In this document: in pieces, positions 58,977-64,000 of the stretch
Position numbering within the stretch: the first letter of the stretch is position 1
Layout: every line of letters begins with the position of its first letter
Assembly (NCBI GenBank): GCA_018238545.1
Contig: JABCTC010000007.1
Coordinates: 32,087-96,086 of the forward strand
Length of the DNA: 64,000 nucleotides
Direction: 5' to 3'
From: Candidatus Heimdallarchaeota archaeon
Lineage (GTDB): Archaea; Asgardarchaeota; Heimdallarchaeia; Heimdallarchaeales; Heimdallarchaeaceae
Notes under the pieces: generated by a model
The model's database searches: none
The model's input: the letters and a program-made list of their open reading frames with translations, nothing else
Told to the model about the DNA's origin: nothing
Program-made: the position numbers and the translations under genes

Positions 58977-59877
58977 ATGGTTAGTTTTATGTGCTAGATT
59001 CTTTGTTGGAATAATGAAAATGATGAAGATGAAAAAATATGGTCCTATTGATGTAAAAAAAAGTCGGAAGGATCTTGAAGGACAAGTTTTTCTTTTTAAA
59101 ACACCCAGAAACGTAGAAGTTAAACCAGTTTCTATTGAGGGAATACCTGCAGAATGGTTACTACCAAAAGGATGTCATACTGATCGTGTGATAATCTATC
59201 TTCATGGGGGCTCTTATCATGCTGGATCTTTAAGAACACATCGAGGACTAGCCGCACGTATTGGTATTAATTCAAGCTCCTCAGTTTTGTAATTAGACTA
59301 TCGACTTGCTCCTGAAAACCCTTTTCCTGCTGCAATAGAAGACGTGGTTTCAGTATACAAATGGTTGCTTGAAGTTAAAGGTTTTAATTCAAAGAAAATA
59401 ATTATTTCTGGAGATTCAGCAGGAGGTGGATTGACGCTAACTTCTTTGTTAAAATTGAAGGAAGAAAATCTATCCTTACCTGCCGCAGCAATATGTCTTT
59501 CTCCTGTAACTGATTTTGCCATTACAGGTGAATCCATCAAGACAAAAGCCAAAGAAGATATTATGCTTACGGAAAATGAAATAAGACAATCATTTGAGAT
59601 ATATGCAAAGGGTCAAAGTGTAAAACATCACTTAATTTCTCCTTTGTACGCAGATTTGTCAGGTTTACCTCCTTTGTTGATTCAAACGGGAACTGCAGAG
59701 ATTCTCCTTGATGATTCAACTAGTTTTGCTCAAAAAGCTGTAGAACAAGGTGTAACTGTGGATTTGGATTTGTGGGAAAACATGTTTCATGTTTTTCAGA
59801 TATTTGGTAACCTGATACCAGAAAGCAAAAAAGCTTTGAAGAAGATTGGAGAATTTGCTGAATCTCATTTTTCTTAA
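58977..59877 (+). pseudogene. HSL-family alpha/beta hydrolase interrupted by in-frame TAA (59290-59292)
   Basis: YLHGGSY...SVL*LDYRLAPENPFPAA...GDSAGG...EILLDD...HVFQ in one frame; ATG 58977 is also 1 nt out of frame. Confidence 0.85.
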
Positions 59878-59887
59878 TCAGCTTTTT

Positions 59888-59965
59888 TTATTTTAATATG
59901 CCAATTCTAACGTCTTCAAATCTAGTAGGGGCAATTCCATGACCAACATAAGCTGCTATGATGAT
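59888..59965 (-). pseudogene. Isolated 3' fragment resembling a TldD C-terminus
   Basis: IIIAAYVGHGIAPTRFEDVRIGILK*; resembles the TldD terminal VGHG.P.RF..VR.G pattern (from memory); no upstream gene body. Confidence 0.5.
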
Positions 59966-60000
59966 TCAGATCTCATGTTGTAACTTTTTTTACAATGAAT

Positions 60001-60993
60001 TTATTTATTTTCTAGTTCATCTAATCTTTCTTTAATTTCGGTTTTCCAGATTTTTATACTATAAAGCCATGAAGACATAATCGCCTTTATCCCTCTCTTT
60101 ATCTCAGCAGATGATAGATCGTGAGCTTCATGAGCATTTCTATGTCTTTCTTTAAACGCAACCCTCAAATTAGTCATCATAGGATTTTGTTTAGACCAAA
60201 AATCTCTATCTGTCTTTTTAAGACCATTAGGTTCAACTTTAAATATTTCTCTAATTAGATCATTCAAACTAAGTTTGAAATCCTTTTTTAAAACGTATAA
60301 AATTAGTTTAAGAAAAATTTCAAAACGTAAAGAAAAAAGTAATAGAGATCCGAAGTCATGTGCAGATGAAAGATGCGAATCCCATCCTTTAAAAACATGC
60401 TTTCTAAAGCCTTTTAAAGAACTTTCATTAATCTGTAATCTTACTAACTTCAAAAAAAGATCACATATTTCCTCTTTCTCAACAACTTCTTCAATAATTG
60501 AGTTATCGTAAGGGTTCCTAAATGGCATGCATTCTTTAAGCATAAAGGCTTTTATCGATTCTTCCGAAGTTATTAAGTTAATTCCTTTAAGATTTATTTG
60601 AAAGGTTATTACTGAATATTCAATAAAATCGTATTCATGATCAGTGTTTTCTGGGAGAAATAATTCAAAAATTGCTTTTCTTGAATAAGCTGGAAAAAAC
60701 TTAAATCGAAGATTTATGCACCGTGTCAAATGCTCAAAAGGAACTAAACTCTCATTTAAGTATAGTTCGGAGGAGTTTTGTGTTGTTCGATACTCATCAT
60801 ATAGAAAATGGGGGATCTTAATTCCAATCTGTAAATTTTCTATTTCTCTGTGAGATTTATTGCTAACCTCTAGAAATATTCTTATTTGCTTTTTTGTCAC
60901 TCTTATTCTGTTAGGATAAAGAATCTTGATGAAAACATCTGGTTTCTCAATTTTTTTCGTTTTAAAGAACAAATTTCCAAGATTCCTTATCAT
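60001..60993 (-). CDS. Ig-like beta-sandwich + HEPN-like domain protein
   Basis: N-terminal IFLEVSNKS.REIENLQIGI strands; C-terminal RFEIFLK helix and RHRNAH (Rx4H). Confidence 0.65.
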   Translation of the reverse strand: MIRNLGNLFFKTKKIEKPDVFIKILYPNRIRVTKKQIRIFLEVSNKSHREIENLQIGIKIPHFLYDEYRTTQNSSELYLNESLVPFEHLTRCINLRFKFFPAYSRKAIFELFLPENTDHEYDFIEYSVITFQINLKGINLITSEESIKAFMLKECMPFRNPYDNSIIEEVVEKEEICDLFLKLVRLQINESSLKGFRKHVFKGWDSHLSSAHDFGSLLLFSLRFEIFLKLILYVLKKDFKLSLNDLIREIFKVEPNGLKKTDRDFWSKQNPMMTNLRVAFKERHRNAHEAHDLSSAEIKRGIKAIMSSWLYSIKIWKTEIKERLDELENK

Positions 60994-61011
60994 CGAAACA
61001 TACCTTCCAAA

Positions 61012-61731
61012 TTAATCCAAATATTCCTTTATCGTTTTTTGCCTATTTTTTGGAATCAGGGGAAATACAGTTTCAAAAAATTCTATCAATTCACTAGGGG
61101 ATAAGTTCCTTCGAATTGAAAGATAGTTCTTCTTAAGAGAAAAAGGCACCGTAAATCTATCAAGATCTACTGCCAATGTAATATTCTTTATATCTGAATC
61201 AGAAAAAGCATGTCTGCTATTCATTTCTGTAAATAGTCTATTCATAGCAAAATCCCCTGAAAATGAAATTCGAGATGGTCTACTTCCATCTCTTTGAACA
61301 AAATAAATGCTTCTTACACTTATCCCTTTTTGAAGTTCTTGATTAAAAATTAAAGGTTCAAGATCAAAATTAAACTGTGAAATTGTCTCTAACTGAAGTG
61401 TTTCGCTAACAAGATTCATATATCTATTGGAAATCCAAGCAATTTTCTCGATGTAGTTAATATAAAAAGGTAGGTTTAATAATGGTTTATATTTTATTTC
61501 TCCTTCAAAGGTTTGAATAACTTTACGTCGCTTCATTTCTGTGATAATATACCCACAAATCCATTCGCCAAAATTTTTTAGGTATTGTAATTCATATCTT
61601 TGATTACCAAATTCTCCTGTTTTAACTCTATCTGTTTCTGAATATGAGATTAGTTTTACTAATGAGAAATCTTTCTCATACTGGTTAAAAGGCCAATCTA
61701 CATTCTCTTTTCTAGAGTTCATGTCATTCAC
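61012..61731 (-). CDS. Hypothetical protein with C-terminal PIP-box-like motif
   Basis: 239-aa alpha/beta ORF ending RQKTIKEYLD; 18 bp upstream of the HEPN gene. Confidence 0.65.
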   Translation of the reverse strand: MNDMNSRKENVDWPFNQYEKDFSLVKLISYSETDRVKTGEFGNQRYELQYLKNFGEWICGYIITEMKRRKVIQTFEGEIKYKPLLNLPFYINYIEKIAWISNRYMNLVSETLQLETISQFNFDLEPLIFNQELQKGISVRSIYFVQRDGSRPSRISFSGDFAMNRLFTEMNSRHAFSDSDIKNITLAVDLDRFTVPFSLKKNYLSIRRNLSPSELIEFFETVFPLIPKNRQKTIKEYLD

Positions 61732-61898
61732 TTCTCTTCTTTGTATAAAACTGTTTTTAATTTTGGAATACTCTATTGTAGGTGCGATTTACTTTGCAAA
61801 TACATAGTTTGAAAACGTATGCGTGGAATATTTAGATTAGAAATGTGAAAGTAACGATTTCTATCATTTTAAGATCCTTCCTTATTAACAGAATATCA

Positions 61899-64000
61899 TT
61901 AAGGATGCATTACGTATTTTAATTGTAGATAGTTATTAGCTGGTAAACCAACATATTCGATTGGTACTAGCGTTATTACACTGTTATATTGATTCATTTC
62001 ATCTGAGAATACATTTTCTAACTCATTGAACGAATGGGGTAGATTGTAGCCTGTATAAGCTGCTTGTCATTTAAATAGAAAATGCGATATAAACAGTTTT
62101 CAATATTCGAATGATTTTCCTCCCCAAATGGCGCCCAAACGATTCAGTATTCTCATAAACCAAATCTTATTTTCTTTATTATAGTATGGTCCCTTATCTT
62201 TTGAGTTTATATATTCATAATCATCAGCTGGTTCATTCCATTTTATAATTGCTCTTTCGATTTCATCTTCTAGTATAGATGCTGAAGAAGAATCAGTTTC
62301 TAATGTAATTAAATCAGTAAAAACAGCAAAGGGGGTAAAAACTTTCATAGACATTAGAGTTTCAGCAATTCTGTTACCAAGTGGCGTTCCAAATCCTTCA
62401 CTTCCTTTATAGTTCCCTGGTGTTAGTTGAATGCACCATTCTCCTGTTTTAACTTCTGTTAAGTCGAATTGAATATATTTAATAGCAGCTCCAACATACG
62501 AATTTTCTAAAAATCCAAAATTGTTTCTCAAGGATGTGTCAACTCCTAGTTTATTCAATCTTTCTTCCACACTATAGACAGAGTAATATTTCATTTCAAA
62601 AAAAGCAATCATAGGAATAGCTTTGAACCAAATATTATCTGTAATCTCAGTGTGTTTAAGAAATCTAACATGAGGATTCTTTTGAGCTTTTACACCACTT
62701 AATTCTTTACCAATAGCGTTTCCAAAGATGTCAAACAATACACGATAGGCAGAAACTTTTTCTTGTCCAAGCTCCTCCATAAGTGGATTCAGAAACAGAC
62801 TACTATCTTTATCAATCCACAAGATTTTTGCACCACTATTTTTTTTATCATAAATCATACGTCCTCCAAGTTCTTTTACGAAGATTTGAAAACGATAAAG
62901 GTTTATCAAAGGATTTTCTCCTAATGTAGAAAAAAGTTTGGAGCTCTCCCAAGTGGTAATTATTTGATTTCCTACAGAGTCTCTCATGTATGATTTGAAC
63001 TCCGTTGTCGTATCCATAAAAATGAGTCTTATTTTTATTTTGTCTTCACTAGTTTTGGGTTCATTATATTCAATTATACCAAGCATTTTCTCTTTTAACA
63101 AGTTGGAAAGAGTTTCCTCTGTGCTGAGTAAATTTGATAAATGTGTTGAAAATTTATCAAAAGCTTGTCGTTTATTTAAAGCATGAATTTTCATTGTTGA
63201 AATTTCATCAATCCCTTGAATATAATTAATCAGTTTATCTTGATAAATAAATCCAAATAATTCTTTATAAGTTTCCTTTAGATATTCAGCTCTTAAGGGG
63301 TAAATCGTGGGTTTTGATTTAAGACCTCTTTTAAACTGACTTGTTAGTAAATCAATTATTGATTCAGTTGTTTCTCCAAAATTGATAAAACTCTTTTGCA
63401 TTAATTCTATGTCTGTTACTAAGAAACTACGAAAGATATCAATTGAATCTATTGCATTTGTGCGATAATAATTATATCCTCTTGCAGGATATTTACTATG
63501 AAATGCATGATGCCATAGATAGTATCCATCTCCACCTTGTACAATTTTTCTGGTAGACATTTGTTGAAAATATCCATTGAATAATCTATCAAACGCATAA
63601 TCTAGTGATTGAACTGAATCTCTCAACCCTCTTTCTTGCAACATTGTGAAAAATAAGAAACCACTAAAAAGTGGATCAAATGATAATTCTTTAACACCTA
63701 GATGTCCTAAAGTGTCAATGATTTGGCAAAAAGCATCTATTTTTGGATATGATAGCAACTTAATATAATATTTTATTGTATCTTCCAATTTCTCTATTAA
63801 ATGTAATTGTTTATTTTGCATATCACTATTATGAAGAGCACCTACTTCTCTTAAGAAATTATATAAATTTGAAATAATTTCTTCTCTCTCTGAAACAGAT
63901 AAAACAGAGTCATGTCCAACTTCTTTGAGTTGTATAGTTAGATAAGTGATTGCATTTTCCAATGGTACCCATATATATCTTGCTTGATATTCCCGTTAAT
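61899..64000 (-). pseudogene. Large hypothetical gene with in-frame stops (TAA 63996-63998, TGA 62100-62102, TGA 62067-62069)
   Basis: The 620-aa track ORF continues in frame for 67 more codons to TAA-TGA at 61901-61896, and upstream to the window edge. Confidence 0.55.

Overview
AT-rich archaeal chromosomal segment. Gene content (RING and zinc-ribbon fusions, MacB-type ATPase with an AbrB tail, coiled-coil TrmB) suggests an Asgard/Heimdallarchaeia-like host, but this is inference only. Conserved blocks: exosome operon (SBDS-rrp4-rrp41-rrp42-rpl37ae-Brix); GGR-rpoN-rps2-mvk-ipk-rpl7ae-rps28e-rpl24e-ndk; infB; hsp20-cdc48-ArsR-tiaS. These are interleaved with repair, transport and metabolic genes. 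Features missed by the ORF track and read by hand: a Brix gene, a 2[4Fe-4S] ferredoxin, a 56-aa alpha3-truncated histone, an initiator tRNA-Met with two introns (D-loop 14/15 and 37/38), a K-turn covering the rpl7ae Shine-Dalgarno, TetR and heat-shock operator palindromes, and several gene remnants or nonsense-interrupted genes. Best novelty candidates: (i) a Dna2-like Fe-S nuclease-helicase with a C-terminal RING finger; (ii) an island-like right end with a displaced tldD-like 3' fragment, a two-gene module (PIP-box protein plus Ig-like/HEPN protein) and a large ORF with in-frame TGA codons; (iii) the two-intron tRNA; (iv) a TrmB with a ~530-aa helical insert; (v) a WLM/SprT-like protease next to the cdc48 operon. 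No CRISPR array, rRNA, transposase or integrase was seen. All family calls come from motif recognition, not database searches.
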